A stretch of 36,893 bases of DNA from Candidatus Nealsonbacteria bacterium (GCA_016188865.1 JACPGX010000005.1:75188-112080), one strand, 5' to 3'; shown: positions 1 to 8,416, numbered from the stretch's first letter. A program made the numbers and translations. Notes: a model not told the origin generated them from the letters alone.

Positions 1-352
1 GCAGAGAGCAGTTTTGACGCAAGCTAAGAAATCGATTGCAAGTTTTAAAATAAGACAAGGCCTTCCCATTGGCGCTAGGGTCACCTTAAGGAGTAAAAGA
101 ATGTACGATTTTCTGGAAAGAGTTATTAATATTGTTTTACCCAGGTCGCGCGATTTTCAAGGGATTAATTTTAAATCTCTCGATAAGAGCGGGAATTTAA
201 CTTTTGCCATAAAGGAGCACATCGTTTTCCCTGAGATTTCGCAGGAAAAAGTAAGGCAAATTTTCGGTTTGGAAATCACGGTTGTTATTAATGCGGGGAA
301 TAGGGAAGAAAATCTTGAATTATTAAAATTAATGGGGTTTCCCATCAAGTAA
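1..352 (+). CDS. rplE: 50S ribosomal protein uL5, 5' end cut by window edge
   Basis: Frame stays open back to nt 2. [21 protein letters not shown]...[12 protein letters not shown] is the conserved uL5 core. It is followed by S14-S8-L6-L18-S5 in canonical spc-operon order. Confidence 0.93.
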   Translation, partial: QRAVLTQAKKSIASFKIRQGLPIGARVTLRSKRMYDFLERVINIVLPRSRDFQGINFKSLDKSGNLTFAIKEHIVFPEISQEKVRQIFGLEITVVINAGNREENLELLKLMGFPIK

Positions 353-353
353 T

Positions 354-539
354 ATGGCCACAGAAGCGCAAAAAGCCAAATCAAGAAAAAAGCCAAAATA
401 TAAGAGCAGAATAACTCGGCGTTGTTTTCGTTGCGGCAGGAAAAGGGGATACATGAGGAAATTCGGCCTTTGCAGAATTTGTTTCAGAGAAATGGCCAAT
501 AAAGGTTTAATACCCGGAATAAAAAAATCAAGCTGGTAA
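354..539 (+). CDS. rpsZ: 30S ribosomal protein uS14, short zinc-binding (type Z) form
   Basis: 61 aa with a CFRC...CRIC zinc ribbon and a ...KKSSW C terminus. It sits between L5 and S8. Confidence 0.95.
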   Translation: MATEAQKAKSRKKPKYKSRITRRCFRCGRKRGYMRKFGLCRICFREMANKGLIPGIKKSSW

Positions 540-588
540 CCCGTTCGATAAACTCAGGGTTATCCTGAGCTTGTCGAAGGATAAAAAT

Positions 589-978
589 ATGACAGATCCA
601 ATATCGGACATGCTTAATATAATAATGAATGCTCAGAGGGTTGGCAAACCAGAGGTTTCTGTTTCTCTTTCAAACCTCAAATTTAATATTGCTCAAATTT
701 TAGAAAAAAATAAATTTATTGAAAAAGCCGAGAAAAAAGGAAGGAGTGATCGCAAGTTTATAATTATTACTTTGAAGTATGACAATAAAATACCGAGTAT
801 TTCCGGCATAAAAAGAGTTTCAAGGCCAGGGCAGAAAATTTACGCTTCTTTTAGCGAGCTTAGGTCAGTTAAAAGCGGGTATGGAATAGCGATTATTTCT
901 ACTTCAAAAGGATTGATGACCAATAAAGAGGCAAGAAAAAATAAGCTTGGTGGGGAAATAATTTGTGAAATTTGGTAA
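589..978 (+). CDS. rpsH: 30S ribosomal protein uS8
   Basis: ATG at 589 gives MTDPISDMLNIIMNAQR, the canonical uS8 N terminus. The tracked TTG at 571 is probably not the start. Confidence 0.93.
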   Translation: MTDPISDMLNIIMNAQRVGKPEVSVSLSNLKFNIAQILEKNKFIEKAEKKGRSDRKFIIITLKYDNKIPSISGIKRVSRPGQKIYASFSELRSVKSGYGIAIISTSKGLMTNKEARKNKLGGEIICEIW

Positions 979-982
979 ACAT

Positions 983-1528
983 ATGAGTCGCATAGGCAAA
1001 AAACCAATTTTAATACTTCAGGGGGTTGATGTAAAAATAGATGGGCAGAGAGTAACCGTCAAGGGACCCAGGGGCGAACTTTTCAAAGAAGTTCCGCCAG
1101 AAATTGGGGTTGCTTTGGAAGATGGCAAGCTCGTTGTTAGGATCGGAAAAGAAACCAAAAAAATCAAAGCTCTTTGGGGGTTGGTCCGCGCTTTATTGGC
1201 GGGCATGATTAAAGGAGTTACCGAGGGTTATGAAAAAAAATTAGAGATAGAGGGAGTAGGTTTCAGGGCCAGTGTTGAAGGCGATAGTTTGGTTTTGAAT
1301 GTAGGTTTTTTTAATCCGGTAAAAATAAAGGCTCCTGAAGGAGTAAAATTTTCAGTTGAGAAAAATATCATTATAGTTTCCGGAATAAACAAAGAATCAG
1401 TAGGACAAACAGCGGCAAAAATAAGAGCTGCCAAGCCGGCAGAGCCGTATAAGGGCAAGGGCATAAAATATTTAGGAGAACAAATCAGAAGAAAATTGGG
1501 CAAAAAAGCAGTAGCTACTGCGAAATAA
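983..1528 (+). CDS. rplF: 50S ribosomal protein uL6
   Basis: ATG at 983 gives MSRIGKKPI..., the canonical uL6 start. The tracked GTG at 965 overlaps the S8 stop. Operon position fits. Confidence 0.93.
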   Translation: MSRIGKKPILILQGVDVKIDGQRVTVKGPRGELFKEVPPEIGVALEDGKLVVRIGKETKKIKALWGLVRALLAGMIKGVTEGYEKKLEIEGVGFRASVEGDSLVLNVGFFNPVKIKAPEGVKFSVEKNIIIVSGINKESVGQTAAKIRAAKPAEPYKGKGIKYLGEQIRRKLGKKAVATAK

Positions 1529-1529
1529 T

Positions 1530-1856
1530 ATGCAAACTAACAGCGAAAAAAGACAAAGACGTCACAAGAGAATCCGGGCAAAAATATGCGGCACGGCCGA
1601 GAGACCGAGGCTTTGCATTTTTCGTTCTAATCAATATATTTACGCCCAATTGGTTGACGATAATAAGGGCAGAACACTTATTGCGGCTAAAGGGAAAGCT
1701 AATATCGATTCAGCAAAAAAAGTCGGTAAATTAATAGCTAAAACAGCCCTAGAAAACAAGATTGAAAAAATTGTATTTGACAGAGGAGGATATAAGTATC
1801 ATGGTGTGGTAAAAGCTCTGGCCGAAGAAGCAAGGGGGGGAGGGCTTAAGTTTTAA
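1530..1856 (+). CDS. rplR: 50S ribosomal protein uL18
   Basis: [34 protein letters not shown] and [20 protein letters not shown] motifs. Operon position fits. Confidence 0.95.
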   Translation: MQTNSEKRQRRHKRIRAKICGTAERPRLCIFRSNQYIYAQLVDDNKGRTLIAAKGKANIDSAKKVGKLIAKTALENKIEKIVFDRGGYKYHGVVKALAEEARGGGLKF

Positions 1857-1877
1857 TTTTTAATTTTTAAACATTAA

Positions 1878-2375
1878 ATGATGAGAATTCAAAATAGAAG
1901 AGAAGGGGAAAGAAGATTTGAAAAGCCCAAGGACGAATTTGAGTCCAAGCTTTTGGATTTATCCAGAGTATCCCATACCAGGGCTGGAGGAAAAAAGATG
2001 AGATTCAGAGCGGTGATAATAACAGGCAACAAGAATGGCAAGGTTGGATTAGGCATTGCCAAGGGCGCAGATGTCCAGCTTGCCGTAGAAAAAGCCACTC
2101 GTCTTTCTAAGAAATATTTGATAGAAGTTCCCACCATTAGAGATACCATTCCCCACGAAGTTCAGGCAAAATTTGGAGCAGCTAAAGTTCTCTTGAGGCC
2201 CCAAGGAAAAGGCAGGGGATTGGTGGCGGGCGGCACAGTTAGAATAGTGTGCGTCTTAGCCGGAATTAAAAATATTTCTTCTAAAATTTTAGGCAATACC
2301 GGCAATAAAATAAATAATGCGAAAGCTACGATTATAGCTTTAAAAAAATTGAGATTGAGAACTTCCATAAAATAA
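1878..2375 (+). CDS. rpsE: 30S ribosomal protein uS5
   Basis: LLDLSRVSHTRAGGKKMRFRAVIITGNKNGKVGLGIAKG is the uS5 dsRBD core. Operon position fits. Confidence 0.95.
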   Translation: MMRIQNRREGERRFEKPKDEFESKLLDLSRVSHTRAGGKKMRFRAVIITGNKNGKVGLGIAKGADVQLAVEKATRLSKKYLIEVPTIRDTIPHEVQAKFGAAKVLLRPQGKGRGLVAGGTVRIVCVLAGIKNISSKILGNTGNKINNAKATIIALKKLRLRTSIK

Positions 2376-2379
2376 ATTT

Positions 2380-2811
2380 ATGCAATTACACGAATTAAAG
2401 CCAAGATACAAATTGAAACACAGCAGACGCGTTGGCCGCGGCGGCAAGCGCGGCACTTACTCCGGCAAGGGAGTTAAGGGCCAGTCAGCAAGAGCCGGCA
2501 GGAAAATGAAGCCGTATATTAGAGAGTTAATAAAGAGATATCCCAAATTAAGAGGTTATAGATTCAAAATTAAAAGTACAAAATCTAAAATTGTGAATTT
2601 AGATATTTTGGAAAAGCATTTTGAAGCAGGGCAAACTGTGAATCCTCAAGTATTGTTAGAAAAGAAAATAATCCGTAAAATAGAGGGGAAGATGCCGGAA
2701 GTTAAGATTCTGGGAGAGGGAAAAATAACTAAATCTTTGGCAATTGAGGATTGTTTAGTTTCAAAACAAGCTAAAGAAAAAATAGAAAAAGCAAATGGAG
2801 TGGTTAAATAA
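2380..2811 (+). CDS. rplO: 50S ribosomal protein uL15
   Basis: MQLHELKP...RRVGRGGKRGTYSGKGVKGQ N terminus. It starts 4 nt after the S5 stop, so no L30 gene lies between them. Confidence 0.94.
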   Translation: MQLHELKPRYKLKHSRRVGRGGKRGTYSGKGVKGQSARAGRKMKPYIRELIKRYPKLRGYRFKIKSTKSKIVNLDILEKHFEAGQTVNPQVLLEKKIIRKIEGKMPEVKILGEGKITKSLAIEDCLVSKQAKEKIEKANGVVK

Positions 2812-4075
2812 AGTTATCCAAATTTTTAAGATAAAAGAGCTTCGGAACAAGATATTGTTCGTTCTGGGGGTTTTTGTTATTTTCAGATTAATGTCTAATA
2901 TACCCATACCCGGCATTGATATCGCGAATTTAAAATCATTTTTTAATCAGTTTCAGGTGTTCGGCCTTCTAAACGTTTTTACGGGTGGCGCCCTGGACAA
3001 TCTTTCAATAGTTTTGCTTGGCTTGGGGCCGTATATTACAGCTACTATAATTTTACAGTTGTTGACTATGATTTTCCCGCAGTTGGAACAGATATATAAG
3101 GAGGAAGGCGAAGCTGGCCGCCAAAAATTTAATCAGTACGGCAGAATTTTGACAGTTCCCTTAGCTTTGCTGCAGGGTTACGCTATGCTTAATTTGCTGC
3201 AAAGGCAGGGAGCCATAGGTTATATTACAAACGAGGTCATGTTGAGCTCAATTATTACCATTACCGCCGGCTGCCTTTTGTTAATGTGGCTGGGCGAGCT
3301 GGTTTCAGAAAAAGGGATTGGAAACGGCGTTTCTCTTTTGATTTTTGCCGGTATTGTGGCAGACGTGCCAAATAGCCTTAGGCAGATTTTCCTGAAATGG
3401 GATCCGACCCAGCTGCCTGCTTATTTATTTTTCTTTGGCATGTCTGTACTGATTATTGCCGGCGTTGTTTTGGTGAATGAAGCCCGCAGAAATATTCCTG
3501 TTTCTTACGCTAAAAGAGTGAGGGGCAATAAAATGTACGGGGGAGTATCTACTTACCTGCCGTTAAATATCAACCCGGCAGGAGTAATCCCAATTATTTT
3601 TGCTTTATCAATTTTGCTTTTTCCCGGCATGATTGCCAATTTTTTATCTGGGTCTGGCGGGATAATTGGCAATATCGCTCAAAATGTCGGTGTTTTATTC
3701 CAAAATCCTTGGGTTTACGGCATTTTATATTTTGTCTTAGTTTGTCTCTTTACTTATTTTTATACTGCGGTCACTTTCGATCCAAAAGCCATTTCTTCCA
3801 ATCTTCAGAAAATGGGAGGATTTATCCCGGGCATCAGGCCGGGACAATCAACCGCCAATTTTCTTTATTATATTTTAAACCGAATTTTATTAATCGGAGC
3901 CTTGTTTTTGGGAGGCATTGCTGTTATGCCCTCAATTATTCAAGGGTTAACAGGCGTGACAGCTTTTACATTTTTGGTTGGAGGGACTTCTTTGCTGATC
4001 GTAGTTTCAGTTGTCTTGGAAACTATGCGCCAAATCAATTCCCAGCTTCAAATGAGAGAATACGACACTTTTTAA
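2795..4075 (+). CDS. secY: Preprotein translocase subunit SecY
   Basis: 426 aa polytopic membrane protein with GGALDNLSIVLLGLGPYITATIILQLL and GIGNGVSLLIFAGI motifs. It follows L15. Confidence 0.95.
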   Translation: MEWLNKVIQIFKIKELRNKILFVLGVFVIFRLMSNIPIPGIDIANLKSFFNQFQVFGLLNVFTGGALDNLSIVLLGLGPYITATIILQLLTMIFPQLEQIYKEEGEAGRQKFNQYGRILTVPLALLQGYAMLNLLQRQGAIGYITNEVMLSSIITITAGCLLLMWLGELVSEKGIGNGVSLLIFAGIVADVPNSLRQIFLKWDPTQLPAYLFFFGMSVLIIAGVVLVNEARRNIPVSYAKRVRGNKMYGGVSTYLPLNINPAGVIPIIFALSILLFPGMIANFLSGSGGIIGNIAQNVGVLFQNPWVYGILYFVLVCLFTYFYTAVTFDPKAISSNLQKMGGFIPGIRPGQSTANFLYYILNRILLIGALFLGGIAVMPSIIQGLTGVTAFTFLVGGTSLLIVVSVVLETMRQINSQLQMREYDTF

Positions 4076-4078
4076 ATT

Positions 4079-4738
4079 ATGGAAAAACCGTTAAATTTTG
4101 TTTTGATAGGAAGATCGGGTTCTGGCAAGGGGACGCAAGCCGAGCTTTTGATGAAGCATTTCGGCGATTTTTTGCATGTCATCACCGGCGACCTATTCAG
4201 GAGCCTGGCTAAAGCCGATAGCCACGTGGGCGAAATCATCAGGAAAATTCTTCAGGAAGGCGGCTTGCCTTACGATGATTTGGCCACCACCCTTTGGATG
4301 CATGAGATTGCCTTTAATCTTAAGAGTAGCCAGGGGTTAATGGCCGACGGATTCCCGCGCAGGTTACCCGAAGCTAAAAATTTAGATAGATTTTTAGAGT
4401 TTTTAAGCAGAAAAGAAAACACTTTTTATTTACTGATTGACATATCCAGAGAGGAAGCGTTTAGCCGCCTTACTAAAAGAAGAATTTGTAAAAAATGCGG
4501 AAAATTAATTCCTTGGGTTGGGGTGTTCAGAGAATTAAAAGTTTGCGATAACTGTGGCGGAGAATTAATGACAAGAGCTGATGACAAGCCGGAAGCCATT
4601 AATAATCGTTTAGATTATTACGAAAAAAGCGTTGTACCGGTAGTCGAATATTATAAAGAACAGGGAAAATTGATAAATATCAACGGCGAGCAGCCGATAG
4701 AAAATGTTTTTAAGGATATTCTTAAAGCCATAAAATGA
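4079..4738 (+). CDS. adk: Adenylate kinase with zinc-binding lid
   Basis: P-loop GRSGSGKGTQ and lid CKKCGK...CDNCGG. It follows secY. Confidence 0.92.
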   Translation: MEKPLNFVLIGRSGSGKGTQAELLMKHFGDFLHVITGDLFRSLAKADSHVGEIIRKILQEGGLPYDDLATTLWMHEIAFNLKSSQGLMADGFPRRLPEAKNLDRFLEFLSRKENTFYLLIDISREEAFSRLTKRRICKKCGKLIPWVGVFRELKVCDNCGGELMTRADDKPEAINNRLDYYEKSVVPVVEYYKEQGKLININGEQPIENVFKDILKAIK

Positions 4739-5481
4739 TTGCAATCAAGACCTCGGAAGAGATGAAAATAATGGCTGAAGGGGGGAAAATTCTGGCGCGC
4801 GTTATGGGAGAGTTAGAAAAAAAAGTAAGGCCGGGGGTTACCACTAAAGAATTAGACAGGCTCGCAGAAAGCCTTATTTTTAAATATGGCGGAAAGTGTT
4901 CTTTTAAGGGATATAGCGGGTATCCTGCTTGTTTGTGTACTTCAATAAATGAGGAAATCGTTCACGCCGTTCCTTCAGATAGAATTTTAAAAAATGGCGA
5001 TATTATTTCTCTTGATTTAGGCGTTTTTTATAAAGGATACCATTCTGATATGGCGATAACCTTGGCTGTCGGCAAAATAAGTTCTGAGGTTAAAAAATTA
5101 ATGGAAGTGACGGAAAAAGCGTTGGAGGTTGGGATTAAAGAGGTCGAGTCCGGCAAGAGATTTGGCGATATAAGCTATGCCATCCAAAATTATGTTGAAT
5201 CGCAGGGGTTTAGTGTAGTTAGGGATCTTTGCGGCCATGGCATTGGGAGAAATCTTCACGAAGATCCGGAGATCTTAAATTATGGCAAAAAAGGAACTGG
5301 CCCTAAGCTTGCCGAAGGAATGGTTTTTTGTTTGGAACCCATGGTTACCAAGGGCGATTGGCGCATTAAAAAATCTCAAGATGGCTTCGGCTTTTCCACC
5401 CAAGACGGCTCTTTATCCGCCCATTTTGAATACACTCTCGCCATCATCCAAAATAGAGTAAAAATTTTAACTGTGCTATAG
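4735..5481 (+). CDS. map: Methionine aminopeptidase, type I
   Basis: VHAVPSDRILKNGDIISLDLG, GYHSDMA and CGHGIGRNLHEDP metal-ligand motifs. ATGA overlap with adk. Confidence 0.93.
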   Translation: MIAIKTSEEMKIMAEGGKILARVMGELEKKVRPGVTTKELDRLAESLIFKYGGKCSFKGYSGYPACLCTSINEEIVHAVPSDRILKNGDIISLDLGVFYKGYHSDMAITLAVGKISSEVKKLMEVTEKALEVGIKEVESGKRFGDISYAIQNYVESQGFSVVRDLCGHGIGRNLHEDPEILNYGKKGTGPKLAEGMVFCLEPMVTKGDWRIKKSQDGFGFSTQDGSLSAHFEYTLAIIQNRVKILTVL

Positions 5482-5492
5482 TTATAATACGA

Positions 5493-5972
5493 ATGTTAAA
5501 TTTTTTTCAAAATTTATCGCCCGAACTAATTATCGCCTCTTTGAGCGCACTCCCTTTTACAGAGCTTCGCGGGTCAATTCCCATAGCTTTGGGCGTTTAC
5601 AAATTGCCGGTCGTTACCGCTTTTTTTCTTGCTGTTTTGGGAAATATTGCAGCAGCTGTGCTTGTACTTTTGGGATTGGAATTTTTTTCCGGATACTTAA
5701 TGCGCAAATTTTCTTTGGCAAATCGTTTTTTGAATTGGCTTTTTAAAAGAACCAGAGAAAGCCATCAAAAGAAATTTGAAGGCTGGAAAGAGCTGGCTTT
5801 AATGCTTTTTGTGGCAGTACCTTTGCCTTTGACCGGCGCTTGGAGTGGAGCCTTGTGCTCTTTTATTTTTGGCATCCCGGTAAAAAGGGCAATTATCGCA
5901 ATATCGCTCGGCGTGGTTATCGCCGGATTATTAGTAACTTTAATCAGCTATGGCGCCATTAATTGTTGCTAA
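5493..5972 (+). CDS. Small membrane protein, putative small multidrug-export family (COG2426-like)
   Basis: 159 aa with 4 predicted TM segments. The N-terminal ALPFTELRGSIPIALG motif is recalled from that family. Family assignment is from memory only. Confidence 0.55.
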   Translation: MLNFFQNLSPELIIASLSALPFTELRGSIPIALGVYKLPVVTAFFLAVLGNIAAAVLVLLGLEFFSGYLMRKFSLANRFLNWLFKRTRESHQKKFEGWKELALMLFVAVPLPLTGAWSGALCSFIFGIPVKRAIIAISLGVVIAGLLVTLISYGAINCC

Positions 5973-6579
5973 CTGGAAAATGAACCCCGCCACACTAAAA
6001 GAGGCAGTAACCTTGTTTAGTGCCGTAAAAGAAGCCGGCGCCGTTATCTGTCCGCCGTTTGTTTATTTGTCCGCATTGAAGGCTAACGGAGCCCAAGATT
6101 GTTTTTGGGAGAATCCGCCGGCTGGCGGAGGCGCTTATACCGGCGAAGTTTCTCCGCAGATGCTGAAAAATTTGGGAGTAGAGTATGTTCTTATCGGCCA
6201 TTCCGAGAGGAGAAAATATCAAGGAGAAACCAATGAGGTGGCAGAAAAAAAACTTAAAGCTGCTTTAGCGGCAGGCTTAAAGCCGATTTTGTGCATTGAT
6301 AAAATTTCTCAATTGCCCAAGGATATCAAAGAAGGTTTTATTGTGGCTTACGAACCTTTGTTCGCTATCGGTACGGGAAAGCCCTGCAGTTTTGAGATGG
6401 CAGATGAAATGATAGTTGCTATAAAAAATAAAGTAAAGGTTACCGTGCTTTACGGGGGGAGCGTTAATTCCCAAAATGCTGCAGACTATATTAAAAAAGC
6501 GCATTGCGACGGCTTACTGGTTGGCGGGGCTTCCTTAAAGCCGGCGGAATTCATTGACATAGTTAAAAATGCATGTTAG
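5950..6579 (+). CDS. tpiA: Triosephosphate isomerase (short form, 209 aa)
   Basis: ANWKMN (catalytic Lys), IGHSERR (His), AYEPLFAIGTG (Glu) and YGGSV. Confidence 0.88.
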   Translation: MAPLIVANWKMNPATLKEAVTLFSAVKEAGAVICPPFVYLSALKANGAQDCFWENPPAGGGAYTGEVSPQMLKNLGVEYVLIGHSERRKYQGETNEVAEKKLKAALAAGLKPILCIDKISQLPKDIKEGFIVAYEPLFAIGTGKPCSFEMADEMIVAIKNKVKVTVLYGGSVNSQNAADYIKKAHCDGLLVGGASLKPAEFIDIVKNAC

Positions 6580-7075
6580 ATATTATAGGATGATGGAGAA
6601 TATTTTTAACGGTTATTTCTATAATCCCACTAAGGGAAATTTAACTCTTGACGAGGTAATTGCCGAGCTTTATTCTTATATGGGCGAAAAGCCGGAAAAG
6701 TCTTACGAGGTTATCGTGGGATGCGATTCTCCTTCGGAAGAAGAGCCGCATTTTCCGCTTGTGCTGTTGGCCTTAAGAAAAGGCGAGGGCGGCAGATTTT
6801 TTATTAAAAAAGTCAGCTATCCTTTAGGCGAGAAGAAATTCTATAACTGGAAGCAGCGCATTTTAGAAGAAGTGATGCTTTCCTGTCAGTTTGCTTTAGG
6901 CTTGAGAGAGAGAATAGGCAAAGAAGTCCGCTATATTCATGCTGATGTTGGAGAACATGGTCAAACAAGGGATATGGTCAAAGAAGTAGTCGGCCTCATT
7001 AGGGGCAACGGTTTCGAGCCAAGAATTAAGCCCGAATCTTTTGTCGCATCGGTCGTAGCCGATAGGTACACATAG
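6569..7075 (+). CDS. RNase H-like YkuK/DUF458 family protein
   Basis: FYNPTKGNLTLDEV...VIVGCDS...IHADVG...SFVASVVADR resembles the YkuK family as recalled. The start could instead be ATG 6590 or 6593. Confidence 0.6.
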   Translation: MHVRYYRMMENIFNGYFYNPTKGNLTLDEVIAELYSYMGEKPEKSYEVIVGCDSPSEEEPHFPLVLLALRKGEGGRFFIKKVSYPLGEKKFYNWKQRILEEVMLSCQFALGLRERIGKEVRYIHADVGEHGQTRDMVKEVVGLIRGNGFEPRIKPESFVASVVADRYT

Positions 7076-7113
7076 GGCATCGTACTTTGAAAAATTAATA
7101 GGAGGTAGTTATC

Positions 7114-8113
7114 GTGTACGGATTTCATAGAGTAATTGTCCCTAAGGGGGTAGTCCCACAGGCAGCAAAAATAGTGGATAGCACTCCGAAAATTTTGCAT
7201 CCGAGCGAGATGTTGTTGACCGTATACAAGCTGAATCTTGATTCAACCAGCATGAGGCAGCTTAGAGAAAGCAGTGACGATGTGCCGGGGCGCATCAGAG
7301 AAATTGTCCGTACGAGAGGAAAGATGCATAATCCAATAACTAATTCAGGCGGAGTGATGATCGGCAAGGTAAGGGAACTTGGCGATTGTTGGAAATCCCG
7401 CGGCTTAAAGAAGGGAGAGTGGTTAATTCCGCTTGTTTCGCTCTCTGCCATTCCAATGAGTCTTTCGTCAATCAGCGAGATACGCGGCGACATGGTGGCA
7501 GCCAAGGGGGGGGGCTATTATTTTCGATAACTATCCCTACGCGGTTGCTCCTGGCGATATGCCGTTGGAGGTGGCACTATCGGCCATCGATATTTCTAGC
7601 CTAGTTCCGCAAGTAGAGCGACTGATAGAAGATAAAGACAGGATATTTATTATGGGGTGCGGTAAAGCAGGCATTACCGCCATGGCGGTTATTCGGCAAA
7701 TTTCTCCAGAGAGCATAATTTACGGTATTGATTTTTCGGAAGAGCATATTGAAATAGCTAGGAATTTAGGCTACGTCGATAATATACAGAAAGTTGACGC
7801 GCAAAATGCTGAGGCAGTTAATGATTTTGTGACCATTTCCATGGACGGCCGAGGAGCAGATTTGGTTTTAAATTGCGTGAACGTCCCTAATACTGAAACG
7901 AGCGCCATTCTTGCGGCTCGGGATCGCGGCACAGTTGTATTTTTTTCAATGGCGACAAAATTCGACCAAGCAGCGCTAGGCACCGATGCGACCGGCAAGG
8001 ACGTAACAATGATTATAGGCAACGGAGTTGCAGAAGGCCAGTCAGAAAAAATGTTCAATCTTTTAAGGCAGGATTTGAAGCTGCGAAGATATTTCGAAAA
8101 TTTACATAAGTAA
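7114..8113 (+). pseudogene. L-erythro-3,5-diaminohexanoate dehydrogenase (Kdd)-like Rossmann dehydrogenase, split by a +1 frameshift in a G9 run
   Basis: ORFs 7114-7530 and 7559-8113 are two halves of one protein. The N-terminal part, YGFHRVIVPKGVVPQAAK...LNLDSTSMRQL...RGKMHNPITNSGGVMIG, is Kdd-like as recalled. The second frame reads AIIFDNYPYAVAPGD back to nt 7514, then IMGCGKAGITAMAV (GxGxxG). Removing one G from 7506-7514 fuses the frames. GTG start with AGGAGG at 7101-7106. Confidence 0.6.
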
Positions 8114-8125
8114 CCAGTGAACCAG

Positions 8126-8154
8126 TGGGCTCCCCATGGAGCCCATTTTTATTT
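8126..8154 (+). terminator. Rho-independent terminator after the kdd-like gene
   Basis: TGGGCTCC-CCAT-GGAGCCCA 8-bp stem followed by TTTTTATTT. Confidence 0.75.
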
Positions 8155-8185
8155 GATGAAAAATGGGGACAGGCACCATTTTTAA

Positions 8186-8230
8186 CTCAGATTCTTTTGT
8201 CGCATCGGTCGTGGCCGACAGGTTTACGTA
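8186..8230 (+). pseudogene. Orphan second copy of the ykuK 3' end (…SDSFVASVVADRFT*)
   Basis: 8192-8230 aligns to 7037-7075 at 33/39 nt, with the first 20 identical. The differences are gta/gtg, gat/gac, aca/acg, tag/taa and tac/ttt (Y to F). There is no ykuK body upstream of it. Confidence 0.7.
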
Positions 8231-8275
8231 AATTAAATTCTCTAATTTTTAATATTTAATTTTTAAAAACTGCCC

Positions 8276-8304
8276 TTGACAGTTTTGTTTTTTTTTGATA
8301 GGAT
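8276..8304 (+). promoter_or_regulatory. Sigma70-like promoter of the repeat-protein gene
   Basis: TTGACA (8276-8281), 17-nt spacer, TAGGAT (8299-8304), about 110 nt upstream of the ATG. Confidence 0.45.
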
Positions 8305-8316
8305 ACGCTATGGCCT

Positions 8317-8352
8317 TGAGCTGGTATTCTAAAATGAGCTGGTATTCTAAAA
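8317..8352 (+). repeat. Perfect tandem duplication of 18 nt (TGAGCTGGTATTCTAAAA x2) in the 5' leader
   Basis: 8317-8334 is identical to 8335-8352. It lies between the predicted -10 and the AAGGAGG SD (8400-8406). Confidence 0.9.
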
Positions 8353-8416
8353 CGTGCGGATGGGAGTGCGTTTAGAAAGTAAGCCTTGGTCAAAATAAAA
8401 AAGGAGGTATGCAGCC

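Noticed and set aside
1018-1503. Antisense ORFs within ribosomal protein genes. Similar tracked antisense or alternate-frame ORFs occur throughout, e.g. 157-396, 1889-2368, 5995-6504, 7125-7505, 7771-8058, 14500-15373, 22016-22923, 24797-25117, 27386-28170 and 34810-35304.
   Set aside because: Each is fully embedded in a confidently identified gene on the other strand or frame. None has a start context or recognisable motifs.
3709-4212. 167-aa plus-strand ORF in an alternative frame.
   Set aside because: It lies inside secY and the adk start in another frame, and both of those genes have unambiguous family motifs.
7114-8113. Treating 7114-7530 and 7559-8113 as two independent genes.
   Set aside because: The second ORF's frame is open and homologous-looking right back to the G9 run, the first lacks a C-terminal domain, and together they reconstitute one dehydrogenase architecture.
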